Shown piece by piece: positions 29,035 through 39,484 of a DNA stretch of 64,000 bases; position 1 is the stretch's first letter; the number at the start of each line of letters is the position of its first letter. A program made the position numbers and the translations under genes. Location: positions 1 through 64,000 of the forward strand of contig CBDHDG010000002.1 in NCBI GenBank assembly GCA_965261595.1, read 5' to 3'. A model generated the notes under the pieces. It was not told the origin of the DNA and ran no database searches. It saw only the letters and a program-made list of their open reading frames with translations. This stretch comes from a bacterium (lineage in GTDB: Bacteria; UBA8248; JACPRG01; G963555815).

Positions 29035-32000
29035 TCATGTTTCAGGCTCAGAGACATCGATTACGCAAATCGATATCTTGAGCTTCTCGTTGGCAGAGAG
29101 CGCGCTGCGCAAACGCTTTTTAATTTCGGCAGCACTCTTCGGCGGCGGTCCCGCCCCCGGCGTTGGCCGGCAACGCTCCGTGTCTCCGAACCAGAATACC
29201 AGATAGATTCCATAACCGTCCGCACCTGGGTCCCAGGTGTACTTGGCGATCAACTGCGTCTTGATCGCGCTCCAAAGATCGCGATGACAGCTTCTCTTGA
29301 TCTCCACCGGGACGTTGAAGCCGCCGCAGGAAACGCGAATGTCGGACCGCTTGTCATCGGCGTAATGGCCTTCCGGTTGGGCGTCGATATCCAATGAGAC
29401 CAACTTCTGGCGCAAATTCGATAGCAGGGCGTTGCGGCATGCGTTTTCCGGTTTTGGACGATTGTCCGGGGTTCCGCTCCAATACTGACGCCAGTCGGAC
29501 GTGTTGCCGTGACGGATAGTTTGAGCGATCTCACGCAAATATTCAAGCGTCAGCGCGGCCAGATCGGCGGCATTCGCCGGCTTGCGGTTGTCGAGCGTCT
29601 CAAGTACTTGGTCGATTTCGCAATGGTGAAACCCGGCTTCGCGCCGGACCGCATTCTGGCGGTATGCCGCGTCGACGAGATAGGAGAGCCAAGGGCACAG
29701 GCCGCCATCTGCCAACAGCGTTTCAAAGGCCTCTGTGGCGGCAGAGGACGGGATGGAAGCAAGCTTATCGATGAATTTTCGAATGCGCTCCCCCTTCGAT
29801 CCCAGGGGAGAGGGTTTATAGACGGAACCGAGCAGCCGGATCAAAAGATCCAGCTCGGGGACCCCCAGGGGGTCGAGCAGCGTTGAAGGGAGATCATCCC
29901 GGCACATGACATACGCCAAATGCCGAACACGGCGCTCATGTCCTCCGATTACATATGCTTCCAGACTCTCGCGATACGAGCCGGGCGAAATGAGGAACCC
30001 GATAGCCAGCCAGCAGATCCGCTGGGCCACGTTCATGCTGCGATGAGCGAGCTTCCCGTGAATCAGTTTTAAGAGCGTTGCTTCCTCGCAATGGAGTAGC
30101 GCGATCTTGAGCAAGTAAACCAGTTCCTCAAGTTGTGGCGTCGTGCAACGCACGGGGAACGATTCCAGCAAGGGAAGAGCCGCCAAGCGAGCGATCTCCT
30201 CGCTGTCCTCAAGCCGATACACGCCGGAGAAACGGCTCTTGCCGCTCCGCATTTCCGACCGGACCGATCGAACAAGAACATCGACTACCACTTCTGGATT
30301 GGATATCGCCGTCCGCTCATACCAGCGTGACGTCAGATCCGGAGGTTCGGCGTACAGGAAGGCGAGGGCTTGACGCATCTGCTTTTCCACGAGTGGAAGG
30401 TCGCCTTCCGGCACGGCCTCGGCGATCTCTTCCAATCCGGCCAGGAACGGAAGAGCCAAGTAGTGGGTCTGGTTCTCGGCCCAAAGGCGTATGATCTCGG
30501 CATCGTCCGGAACGTCGCTCCGCCCTACCGATCCACGCAAGCCTTCCAGGACGGCTTCAATCAAGGGCTCGTCGCCGCCGAAGAGATCTCGAAGCCGAGC
30601 CAGGGGGGTAGCGCCCTCAACGTCAACAAACCGGCCGAAGTACACCTCGGCCAGTTGGTGAAGCAGCGCCGGCTCGCATCGGCCTTCGCGCAGCGCCGCC
30701 TCCCGCGGCTTGACGTGGTTGCGCCATTCCCGCCGACGTTGTTTCTGTTCACTGTCATGTTGCTCCTGGAAATCTTTTTCCCATGCATGGGCCTCTTCAC
30801 GGGCGGTCAGCCTTTCGGTGAACATGTCCAGAAGGTCAGGGTGATCCTTGATGCGTCGCTCGACGATTCCCCGGGACAGCCCTTCGTCGAAACGGTGGCG
30901 AGACACGAAATCCGCAACCTGGAGAATGAAATACTTAGCGGCCTTAGGGTCAGTACGGTCGGTCGCGGCTATCGCCTGCTCAAGACACAAAAACCCGAGA
31001 TCCGCCGGCGGTTCGGCATGGAAGAGCCGATCTTCGACATTGAGCATGCAGCGAGAGAAGTCGGGCGAATCGGCGCAACGCGCCACGCCTGTCTTAAAGA
31101 TCTTTTTCTGCGTGCCGGGATTGCGGCTCAACCAATCTCTGAGAAATTCAACGTCTTCCCCCGAAGCCAGAAGTTCGGGATCCGATGCAACCCCAAGCCA
31201 ATCGAAGAGGCGGTCCAGAGGAATATTCTCTGACGAAATTTCGAGAAAATACCTTAACAGCCTGATTGGCACTGTACGGAGCAATGCGATCTGTACTCGG
31301 GAGCCTGCGAACACAGACCGCAATTGTTCGAACTGCTCGACGAGCCCGTCGAGAAGCTCGGTAAGCTGGGCGGTCGTCGATTTTTCCGGGATCTGCCTGT
31401 TCCAGAAATAACAGTATATCCCATAAAAAGATGGGTTTTGGGGTGTTTTCAGATATTGCCAGAGTTCCGAGGCAGACAGCCTCCCAGGATAAAGTTCTCT
31501 CAGCAGAGACCCCAGCAGGTCGTCGTTCGGATCCGATACCGATCCAACGTGCACGTCCGTCAGCAGGGCCTTGAGTTGGGCGGTTGCACATTCTCCATCT
31601 CCCCGCTGCCGGATCAGCGCGTCGAGGGCGGCGCGCCTCACATCTGATCTCCATCCAGCGTCCCTGACGATTCCCATCATGAGATCGGTGAGTCCCGGAA
31701 GCGCCTGCCCATGTCTGAGCGATTCGAGCAGGATCAGGACAAAGGATTGTCGCGCGCCGTCGCGTGCGGGGCCGGTGAGGCTCTCTTGGAAAAGGTCTTC
31801 CATGTCGGGCGTCGCGAGATCCCCCAACCGGGAATCCATTTGGATTGTTCTGACAAACCAGGGATTCTTCTTCGCCTCTTGCTCCAGACATTCCAGGACT
31901 AGGCGTTTCTCATCTGTGGAGAACTCTCGAACGTTGCCGTAAAGGATTGTTCCCAGCGGGTCGCGCTCCACGATCTCTTTCCGGCTGGTCTTGCTGTGCG

Positions 32001-33057
32001 CCGCAAGCCAAGCGGAAAGGCCGCGCAACTCCGACACGACGCCGCCGTCATGGCCTGTCATCAGGGCGAGAACCCGCCCGACCGGCAGACCGTCTTCGAT
32101 GAGGTCAGCGAGATATCTTGCAGCGAGAAACTCGGCAATCTGCCGGTGTACCGGAGTTACACGGCCCTCGGACGGCGTCTCGAACAGCTTGGTGCCCAAT
32201 GCATGACGAAGGATTTGCGGGGCCTCGCCGGGTATCCGCTCCAGTTCGGGAAAGTCGTGATCGCTCTCGTTGCCGGGTAGGGTGTACCCCGCGCCGCCGG
32301 TCAGGAGTTGTACCGCGCAAAGCCGCCCCGCGGCGTCCATCAGACCGGGAATATCAACGCAGTCCGGCTTTGCTATCCGATGCTCTTGATTGTGCTCGCC
32401 GAGCAATGTCCGGCAGGCCACATCGAACGTTTGCATCCGCGTATCGGGCCAAACGCCCTCACCTGCGACCGCATCCACCAGCATCCGCAAGCTTTGGGGA
32501 TTTGCGAGCAAGCCATCTATTCCCCTCTCGCGGGCCGATGCGATGAACCCGTCCGCGTCTTCGATCTTGGTCCACCGGAGGATCTCGCGGATATCACTAT
32601 CGGACAGCGGGTCGAGGCGCAGCACCGTGACCTCGCCGTCGCGCGATACGGCTTTCAGATGATCTCTGTCATTGGCTCCGAACCAGTCCGCTTCGCGGCA
32701 GGACAGGCGGAACCGAGGGCGTCCCAAACGGTCGAACTTGGCGCGGATGCTATCGAACGGCGTGCGTCCGTCGGCCGATCCCGCCCGAGTCTCGTCGAGC
32801 CCGTCGATATACAGCGCCGTGTCCCGCCATTCCGGCCTGTCGCCAAACGTCACGAAGTCACGCGCGGTGACGTAACACCCGCCAGTACACCCAGCTTCCC
32901 GCTCGAACGCCCTCGTCTTGCCGGCGCCGGGAGCGCCGAGCAGGACATAGGCATCCGCCTCTCGAAAATTCTCCAGAGGCCGAGACGAGCTTTCCAATCC
33001 GTCCCGAGAGTCGCGTTCGCGAATCTCGGTGCATGTGCGCGCGACGAAATATGTCAT
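29035..33057 (-). CDS. STAND/NACHT NTPase with helical sensor region and C-terminal PD-(D/E)xK-like nuclease
   Basis: VLLGAPGAGKT, LYIDGLDE, RLSCR, NPQSLRML, HRQIAEFLAA; C-terminal ENACRNAL...DKRSDI...VPVEIK. Confidence 0.8.
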   Translation of the reverse strand: MTYFVARTCTEIRERDSRDGLESSSRPLENFREADAYVLLGAPGAGKTRAFEREAGCTGGCYVTARDFVTFGDRPEWRDTALYIDGLDETRAGSADGRTPFDSIRAKFDRLGRPRFRLSCREADWFGANDRDHLKAVSRDGEVTVLRLDPLSDSDIREILRWTKIEDADGFIASARERGIDGLLANPQSLRMLVDAVAGEGVWPDTRMQTFDVACRTLLGEHNQEHRIAKPDCVDIPGLMDAAGRLCAVQLLTGGAGYTLPGNESDHDFPELERIPGEAPQILRHALGTKLFETPSEGRVTPVHRQIAEFLAARYLADLIEDGLPVGRVLALMTGHDGGVVSELRGLSAWLAAHSKTSRKEIVERDPLGTILYGNVREFSTDEKRLVLECLEQEAKKNPWFVRTIQMDSRLGDLATPDMEDLFQESLTGPARDGARQSFVLILLESLRHGQALPGLTDLMMGIVRDAGWRSDVRRAALDALIRQRGDGECATAQLKALLTDVHVGSVSDPNDDLLGSLLRELYPGRLSASELWQYLKTPQNPSFYGIYCYFWNRQIPEKSTTAQLTELLDGLVEQFEQLRSVFAGSRVQIALLRTVPIRLLRYFLEISSENIPLDRLFDWLGVASDPELLASGEDVEFLRDWLSRNPGTQKKIFKTGVARCADSPDFSRCMLNVEDRLFHAEPPADLGFLCLEQAIAATDRTDPKAAKYFILQVADFVSRHRFDEGLSRGIVERRIKDHPDLLDMFTERLTAREEAHAWEKDFQEQHDSEQKQRRREWRNHVKPREAALREGRCEPALLHQLAEVYFGRFVDVEGATPLARLRDLFGGDEPLIEAVLEGLRGSVGRSDVPDDAEIIRLWAENQTHYLALPFLAGLEEIAEAVPEGDLPLVEKQMRQALAFLYAEPPDLTSRWYERTAISNPEVVVDVLVRSVRSEMRSGKSRFSGVYRLEDSEEIARLAALPLLESFPVRCTTPQLEELVYLLKIALLHCEEATLLKLIHGKLAHRSMNVAQRICWLAIGFLISPGSYRESLEAYVIGGHERRVRHLAYVMCRDDLPSTLLDPLGVPELDLLIRLLGSVYKPSPLGSKGERIRKFIDKLASIPSSAATEAFETLLADGGLCPWLSYLVDAAYRQNAVRREAGFHHCEIDQVLETLDNRKPANAADLAALTLEYLREIAQTIRHGNTSDWRQYWSGTPDNRPKPENACRNALLSNLRQKLVSLDIDAQPEGHYADDKRSDIRVSCGGFNVPVEIKRSCHRDLWSAIKTQLIAKYTWDPGADGYGIYLVFWFGDTERCRPTPGAGPPPKSAAEIKKRLRSALSANEKLKISICVIDVSEPET

Positions 33058-34346
33058 GGGCTTTCGAACCATTCTCCAGCCGGGACTGACAGAAGCTCCG
33101 AAAGCGGAAGGCCGCCCTCGCCGACGACAATCGAGGCCGTGACGTCGAACCGCTCTCCGAATTCCCCGAGTCCGCTCACGCTCGACCGGCGCACGCCGCT
33201 CTTCACTTCAAAAGCGACGAGCCTCCGGCCGCGCTCCAGAACGAAATCCACCTCGTGGTTTCTGTCCCGCCAGAAATGAAGGCGAGCCTCGGGTGTTTTT
33301 GTATTGAACAGATGCGCCCCAACCGCGCTTTCAACCAGGCGCCCCCAGAAGCTCCGATCGGCTCGCGCCTCCTCGAACGTGTAGCCGGACTGAGCCGACA
33401 TGAGCGCGGTGTTGAGCACGTTGAGCTTGGGGCTCGAAGCCCTGCGGCGGTGAGCACCGCGGGCGTACTTGGAGAGACCCGTGATCAGACCGGCGTCCGA
33501 CAGCAGGTCCAGATAGCGCGCCAGGGTCGTCGTGTTCCCGGCGTCCTGGAGTTGGCCGAGCATCTTGTTATAGGAAAGAATCTGCCCGGAATACTCGGCG
33601 CCGAGTTCGAACAGCCGCTTCAGCAGCGCGGGCTTGTCCACCCGCTGCATTGCGAGAATGTCACGCTCGATATTCGGTTCGACCAGCGAGCCGACGATGT
33701 ATGCACGCCAGCGGTCCTGGTCGCGAACGAGCGATGCGGCGCCCGGATAGCCACCGAAATAGACATAGTGCGGAAGGTCGAAATCGAATGCCGCGGACAT
33801 TTCGGCAAACGACCAATGGGTGAGGTGGATGGTCTCGTACCGGCCAGCCAGGCTTTCGCTCATTCCCCTCTGCATGAGCAGAGGGGCCGAACCGAGCAGA
33901 ACCACATGGAGGGGGCAGCCGTGACGCCTGTCCGCGTCCCACAGTCCCTTGACCGTTTCCGACCAGTTCGGGATCTTCTGGATCTCGTCGATCGCCAGAA
34001 CAAAGCCCCGTTCCGATCTGTCGGCATCCATCCGGGCCTGTTCCCAATGACGCACCAGCCACCGCGTGTCTCTTTCGTCGGCAAAGGGGACAGCGGCCTG
34101 TTCCGGAAACACGGCCGTGTCGCCTTCAGGACCGGGAACGGCAGGGAGCGTAGCCCGATCAGGCTCGTCGACCGGCAGATAACGAGACTGTCGGTCGATC
34201 CGCTCCAGGACCTGCCGGACGAGCGTGGTCTTGCCCGTCTGGCGTGGCCCGGTGACGACGATCAGCCGTTGGGGTTCCTCGTCCAAGCGTTGGAGAAGCG
34301 TCGATTTCTGTGCGCGCTCATAGACATTCATTCTTACATGATACAT
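33054..34346 (-). CDS. AAA_14 ATPase with DUF4143 domain
   Basis: VTGPRQTGKTT, AIDEIQK, LLGS, SLAGR, FGGYP, EVDFVL..AFEVKSG; ATGA overlap with STAND gene. Confidence 0.9.
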   Translation of the reverse strand: MYHVRMNVYERAQKSTLLQRLDEEPQRLIVVTGPRQTGKTTLVRQVLERIDRQSRYLPVDEPDRATLPAVPGPEGDTAVFPEQAAVPFADERDTRWLVRHWEQARMDADRSERGFVLAIDEIQKIPNWSETVKGLWDADRRHGCPLHVVLLGSAPLLMQRGMSESLAGRYETIHLTHWSFAEMSAAFDFDLPHYVYFGGYPGAASLVRDQDRWRAYIVGSLVEPNIERDILAMQRVDKPALLKRLFELGAEYSGQILSYNKMLGQLQDAGNTTTLARYLDLLSDAGLITGLSKYARGAHRRRASSPKLNVLNTALMSAQSGYTFEEARADRSFWGRLVESAVGAHLFNTKTPEARLHFWRDRNHEVDFVLERGRRLVAFEVKSGVRRSSVSGLGEFGERFDVTASIVVGEGGLPLSELLSVPAGEWFESP

Positions 34347-34349
34347 TCA

Positions 34350-34365
34350 TGAGTATTTTTGCTCA
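34350..34365. promoter_or_regulatory. Palindrome upstream of DUF4143 operon
   Basis: TGAGTA-TTTT-TGCTCA (1 mismatch) in AT-rich leader. Confidence 0.4.
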
Positions 34366-34678
34366 ATGGCGGGATTGACGGTTTCTGAAACCCCAAAACC
34401 ACTCTTTCCTCACGTAAGCGTGGAACAATTCAATGGTGGAGGGCCAGACCCAACATGAAGGCCGGTTCCTGGAGGAGGCCGTCAAGGCCATGATCCGCCG
34501 AGCGGTGGAGGTCACTCACGCTCCCGACGCTTCAAGTGGCGACCACTCTTCGAGGTCGTCTCACCCCGAGGAGGGGAAGCTTGTGCCGGCCTGTGTCCGG
34601 CCGAAACCGGCGCGATGCGTTCAGGAGGGACTTCATGAGGGACTAGTGAGAACCCGCAACGACACCTCCCGATTAGCC

Positions 34679-34865
34679 TTACGGTATGTCCTCCGCGATG
34701 CTCGCGGCGACCCGTTCCGCGGCCTCCTGCGCCGAATCCCGCGCTAGGTGGGCGTAGCACGCCGTCGTTTCGATGTGGGTATGGCCCAACAGCTTGGCGC
34801 GATCATCGGGAGAGTCTCGCCCAGCGCCAGGGCCCTGGACGCGAAGGAGTGGCATAAATTGCGTT
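34679..34865 (-). pseudogene. Tyrosine integrase C-terminal fragment
   Basis: RNLCHSFASRALALGETLPMI /frameshift/ KLLGHTHIETTACYAHLARDS. Confidence 0.85.
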
Positions 34866-34879
34866 CGCATGACCCTCTT

Positions 34880-36127
34880 TCATATCACAGCGGTTTCGGC
34901 GGTAGCGTCCACGTTCATCAGGGCATCGATCCTGTCGGCGATGCGCTGTGAGGGTTCGCGGAGCTGCTCCACGGTCCAGTCGGCGGCGTAGCCTTCGGTG
35001 ATGTCATCATCACGGGCATGGTTGACCAGCCGCTTGGTCAGCGAGCGCGGCAGCATCAGTTCGCGCTCGGCCACCGTGATGAAGACATTGCGCAGGCCGT
35101 GGAACCAGAACCGGGTCCCGGCGGCGCGCCCGATATCGACGTAGTACTGGTGAATGCCGCCGAGATGGCCCGTCGAACTCATGGAGGAGGGGAACACCCA
35201 GCCGTCCGGGTCCTCTCCGTCCGCCCGGCGGCGCTCGAATATCGCCGCCAACTGCCGGGTGACGGGAAGCTCCAGCGGCTCTCCGGTCTTGGTCTCCTCG
35301 ACTCGCAGGATACGCCGCTCCAGTTCCAGGCGCTCCCATCTGAGCGAGACGATCTCGCCCAGGCGCATACCGGTATAGACCCCGACCAGGAAGATGTCGC
35401 GGTGCGCGGGCGGAAGCCCGACGGCATCCACACCGGCGCGCCAGCGCGGCAGCACCTCGGAAGGGGCGGAGATGCGCCGCCGCCGCTTGTGGTGATAGCG
35501 CCCGCCCCCGGCGAGCCAAAGTTCGACCGGGTTGCGCAAGCCCTCGTGATCGACACAGGACCGGCGGTAGATGGAACGCAACAACGAAATCGTCTGATTG
35601 GCGCCCGCCCAGCCGTGCTCCTCGGTGATGAGGTTGAACCGTCCCTCGATGTCCCGCCGGGTAATGGCGTCGAGCGGACGGTTGCGCCAGCCGTGGAGAT
35701 TGATCCGCATGTTCTGGCGGTAGCGCTCCACCGTCCTTGCCTTGCGATTGGGGTTGGCGGCCATGTAGTCCTCGAACGCTTCTCCGAGGGTCGGCATTCT
35801 CCGCGCTTCTGCGCGTTCGGAGGCGGGGTCGTCCCCTCCGGCGACACGGCCGAGCAGTTCCTGGGCCATGCGCCGCGCCTTGTCGGGGGTGATACGTCCG
35901 TAGCGTCCGAGGGTGACGCGCTTGTTGGGCGCCTTGCGCCCGCCGTCTCCGGCGCGGTAGTTGACGACGAAGGTCCTGGTGCCCGAGGGCTGGACGCGGA
36001 CGCCGAAGCCGGTGAGCTTGTCGTCCCATGCGATCCAGGGTTTGTCGGCGGGCTCGAGGGCCTCGACGGTTCGCTTGGTCAGGGTCAGCTTGACTTTGGC
36101 GATGCGTTTTACGGCGTGATTTTCCAT
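34880..36127 (-). CDS. Tyrosine recombinase/integrase with N-terminal arm-binding domain
   Basis: WDDKLTGFGVRV, TLGRYG, TGMRLGEI (R), ETKTG (K), HGLR, NH, EGY (Y). Confidence 0.92.
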   Translation of the reverse strand: MENHAVKRIAKVKLTLTKRTVEALEPADKPWIAWDDKLTGFGVRVQPSGTRTFVVNYRAGDGGRKAPNKRVTLGRYGRITPDKARRMAQELLGRVAGGDDPASERAEARRMPTLGEAFEDYMAANPNRKARTVERYRQNMRINLHGWRNRPLDAITRRDIEGRFNLITEEHGWAGANQTISLLRSIYRRSCVDHEGLRNPVELWLAGGGRYHHKRRRRISAPSEVLPRWRAGVDAVGLPPAHRDIFLVGVYTGMRLGEIVSLRWERLELERRILRVEETKTGEPLELPVTRQLAAIFERRRADGEDPDGWVFPSSMSSTGHLGGIHQYYVDIGRAAGTRFWFHGLRNVFITVAERELMLPRSLTKRLVNHARDDDITEGYAADWTVEQLREPSQRIADRIDALMNVDATAETAVI

Positions 36128-36154
36128 GCGGACATTATAACCAACCCCGCGAAA

Positions 36155-36316
36155 TGTTCAACCCGATATTCAACACAATGAAGTAAACCGGTGTCCTGAC
36201 ATTCGCACCAATGGCGAGCGAGGCGGGGCGATCATTTCGGTTAACATACTGAAACACATGTATATACGTCGTCATTCGTCTGTTTATGTGTATCCGTGAC
36301 CAATTCTATTGATGAA
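36155..36316. other. Candidate att junction
   Basis: Arm-type direct repeats TGTTCAACCC/TATTCAACAC (36155, 36167), AT-rich tract, then abrupt entry into a 5'-truncated integrase. Confidence 0.55.
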
Positions 36317-36751
36317 TGCTGGGACGACGTGGACCGCACGGCGGGCGAGTTGAGGCTCAGGGACGCCAAGTCGGGTCCGCGCATGGCGCCCCTAACCGGG
36401 CACGTGCTGAGAGTGCTTAACGGCATTCCCCGTATCGAAGGCACTCCCTGGGTGCTTGTCGGACAAAGGCCGGGGACCGGTCTGACGAACCTCGACCACT
36501 ACTGGCAACCCATCCGGGCGCAGGCCGGCTTGGATGACGTCCGGATTCACGACATCCGGCACAGCTATGCATCGAGGGCCCTGGCGCTGGGCGAGAGCCT
36601 GCCCGTGATCGGCAAGCTGCTCGGTCACAGTCAAGTATCAACGACAGCACGTTATGCGCACTTGATGCGGGATGCGGAGAAGGAAGCCGCGACCCGGGTG
36701 GGCGACAGCATCGGCGCCCACATCGGGCCGCGGAGCACCGAGGCGGCATGA
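36317..36751 (+). pseudogene. 5'-truncated tyrosine integrase
   Basis: Begins at WDDVD (after catalytic R); DAKSG, HDIRH, LLGH, TARY. Confidence 0.85.
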
Positions 36752-37965
36752 GGCTGGATGACATGGCGAAGCTGGAATACAAGACGCTCTCGAACCGCAC
36801 GGTCGAGAAGCTGAAGGTAGAAAAAGACACGGTGTTCTGGGATCACGAGCTCACCGGCTTCGGGGTGCGGGTCTATCCCGCGGGCGGCAAGGTCTATGTC
36901 GCCCAGGCCCGGGGACCGGGGGGACCGAAGCGGGTCACGGTGGGCCGGCACGGGGTGCTCGGCGCGGAGCAGGCACGTCAGCGGGCGGCCCTGATCATCG
37001 CCCGGGTCAAGGCCGGCGAGGAGCCGGTGCCCGAGCCCATGGCGGTGAAGCTGTCCGGTGGGCCGACAGTGGGCCAGCTTGCGAGGCGGTTTCTCGAAGA
37101 GCACGTGGCGGTGCGCTACAAGCCGAGCACCATGAAGTCGACCCGGACGGTGGTGAATCGTCATATCGTGCCCGCCCTCGGTCAGCTACCGCTGGAGGCG
37201 GTCAGCCGCGCACGGGTCATGGAGCTGCATGACGAACTCTACGAGACCCCTGCGATGGCGAACATGGTGGTCCGCACCCTGTCGCTGATGTACAGGCTGG
37301 CCGAGAGCTGGGGGCTCGTTCCGGAGGGATGCAACCCCTGCCGGCTGGCGGTCAGGTTTCCCGAGCGCAAGCGGGAAAGGTTTCTGACCGATGGAGAGTT
37401 CACCCGCCTGGGAAAGGTACTGGATGAGGTCGAGACCCGGGGCGGCGCGTCGGCATCCGCGGTGACCGCTCTCCGTCTGCTTATGCTGACCGGATGCCGG
37501 AAGAACGAGATCCTGACCCTGCGGTGGGAGGACGTGGCGCTGGATCAGAACGAATTGAGACTGCCCGACGCCAAGACGGGCGCACGGGTGGTTCCATTGT
37601 CGCCCTCGGCGGTGAGGCTTCTTTCCGGTCTGCCGCGAGAACCGGCCAACCCCTGTGTCATTCCCGGGCGGAAGCCGGGCACGCATATGAGCAACGTGGA
37701 TCAGGCCTGGCAGGTCATCCGGGCGCGGGCCGGCTTGGAGGACTTTCGAATTCATGATCTACGTCATTCGTATGCCAGCCGTGCACTGGCGCTGGGCGAG
37801 AGTTTGCCGATGATCGGAAAGCTGTTGGGCCACAGCCAAGTCGAGACCACGGCGCGCTATGCCCATCTGGCGCGGGATTCGGTGCAGGAGGCCGCAGCCC
37901 GTATCGCCGACAGTATCGCGACCGACATTCTGGGCGAAGGCTGGAGGCCGGCTTCCGGTTCATGA
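36748..37965 (+). CDS. Tyrosine integrase
   Basis: Arm domain FWDHELTGFGVRV; TGCRKNEI, DAKTG, HDLRH, LLGH, TARY. Confidence 0.93.
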   Translation: MRLDDMAKLEYKTLSNRTVEKLKVEKDTVFWDHELTGFGVRVYPAGGKVYVAQARGPGGPKRVTVGRHGVLGAEQARQRAALIIARVKAGEEPVPEPMAVKLSGGPTVGQLARRFLEEHVAVRYKPSTMKSTRTVVNRHIVPALGQLPLEAVSRARVMELHDELYETPAMANMVVRTLSLMYRLAESWGLVPEGCNPCRLAVRFPERKRERFLTDGEFTRLGKVLDEVETRGGASASAVTALRLLMLTGCRKNEILTLRWEDVALDQNELRLPDAKTGARVVPLSPSAVRLLSGLPREPANPCVIPGRKPGTHMSNVDQAWQVIRARAGLEDFRIHDLRHSYASRALALGESLPMIGKLLGHSQVETTARYAHLARDSVQEAAARIADSIATDILGEGWRPASGS

Positions 37966-38164
37966 TCTTTGCCACACCTACGCCTCGCGCGCCCTGGCGC
38001 TCGGAGAAAGCCTGACGATGATCGGTCAGCTTCTCGGACATTCCAAGGTCGGCACCACCGCCCGCTATGCGCATCTCGTGCACGACGCCGAGAAGGCCGC
38101 CGCCGCCCGCACCGGCGACAGCATCGGCGCCCATCTCGTGCCGCAAGCCGCCGCGGCGGCGTAA
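37958..38164 (+). pseudogene. Tyrosine integrase C-terminal fragment
   Basis: VHDLCHTYASRALALGESLTMIGQLLGHSKVGTTARYAHLVHDAEK; tail resembles that of the 36317-36751 fragment. Confidence 0.85.
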
Positions 38165-38175
38165 GGCCGGACGTT

Positions 38176-39351
38176 ATGGCGATACTGCAATACAGGGCGC
38201 TTTCCAGCCGCACGGTGGCGGCGCTGACCGTCGAGCGCGACACCGTGTTCTGGGACCGCGAGCTCAAGGGGTTCGGGGTCCGGATCCATCCGACCGGCGG
38301 CAAGGTCTATGTCGCCCAGGCGCGGGGGCCGAACGGGCAGAAGCGGGTGACGGTCGGGCGCCACCCGTTGATTGGGGCCGAGCAGGCGCGCCTGCGGGCG
38401 GCGCTCATCATCACGCGCATCAAGGCCGGGGAGGATCCGGTTCCCCTGCCGCTCGCGGCGAAGTTCGCCGGCGGCCCGACCGTGACCGACCTGGCGCGGC
38501 GCTATCTCGAAGAGCATGTCGCGGTCCGCTGCAAGCCGAAGACCGCGCGGACCGCCCGCAGCGTTGTCAACCGCCATATCGTGCCGGCGCTCGGCAGGCT
38601 GCCGCTGGCCGCGGTGGAGCGCCAACACGTCATGGAGCTCCACGAGAGCCTGTGCGAGACCCCTGCGATGGCCAACATGACGGTCAAGACGCTGACCCAC
38701 ATGTATGCCCTTGCCAGGGACTGGGGCATAGCCCCGGAAGACTGCCATCCGTGCCAGTCCATCCCGATGAACCCCAAGCGCAGCCGGGAGCGGTTCCTGA
38801 CCGACGCCGAGTTCACCCGGCTGGGGCAGGTGCTGGACGAGGTTTCGGGCAAGGGCAGCCGCGTATCCGCAGGCGCGGTTGCGACGATCCGTCTCCTGAT
38901 GCTGACGGGCTGCCGCAGAAACGAAATCCTGACCCTGCGCTGGGAGCATGTCGATCTCGACGCGGCCGAGATTCATCTCGCCGACGGGAAGACTGGCGCC
39001 CGGACGGTTCACCTGTCGCCGTCGGCGGTCCGCGTCCTCAAGGCCCTGCCGCGCAAGCCCGGCAATCCCTGGGTGATCCCGGGAAACAAGCCTGGCAGGC
39101 ACATGACCGACATCGACGGGGCGTGGGAGGTCATCCGCACGCGGGCCGGGCTCCGCGACGTGCGCATTCACGATATCCGACACAGCTTCGCCTCGAGGGC
39201 GCTCGCGCTCGGCGAGGGCCTGCCGATCATCGGGCGGCTCCTTGGGCACCGCCAGGTCGAAACCACCGCGCGCTACGCACACCTCGCGCGCGATTCGGTT
39301 GGGGAATCCGCCGAACGGATCTCCGTCAGCATCGCCGCCGAATTCCTCTAG
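38176..39351 (+). CDS. Tyrosine integrase, paralogue of 36748-37965
   Basis: FWDRELKGFGVRI; TGCRRNEI, DGKTG, HDIRH, LLGH, TARY. Confidence 0.93.
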   Translation: MAILQYRALSSRTVAALTVERDTVFWDRELKGFGVRIHPTGGKVYVAQARGPNGQKRVTVGRHPLIGAEQARLRAALIITRIKAGEDPVPLPLAAKFAGGPTVTDLARRYLEEHVAVRCKPKTARTARSVVNRHIVPALGRLPLAAVERQHVMELHESLCETPAMANMTVKTLTHMYALARDWGIAPEDCHPCQSIPMNPKRSRERFLTDAEFTRLGQVLDEVSGKGSRVSAGAVATIRLLMLTGCRRNEILTLRWEHVDLDAAEIHLADGKTGARTVHLSPSAVRVLKALPRKPGNPWVIPGNKPGRHMTDIDGAWEVIRTRAGLRDVRIHDIRHSFASRALALGEGLPIIGRLLGHRQVETTARYAHLARDSVGESAERISVSIAAEFL

Positions 39352-39484
39352 GCGCTTCAATTCGGGTTACGCGGCGACCCTTCCCGCTGCTGGCGTACGC
39401 TGGGTACCTACCTCTACGTGCCATCGGCTGGGCGGAGCCTGATCGAAATGAGATGAGAAGCGCAGACCAAGCCCAACAGGGAGG

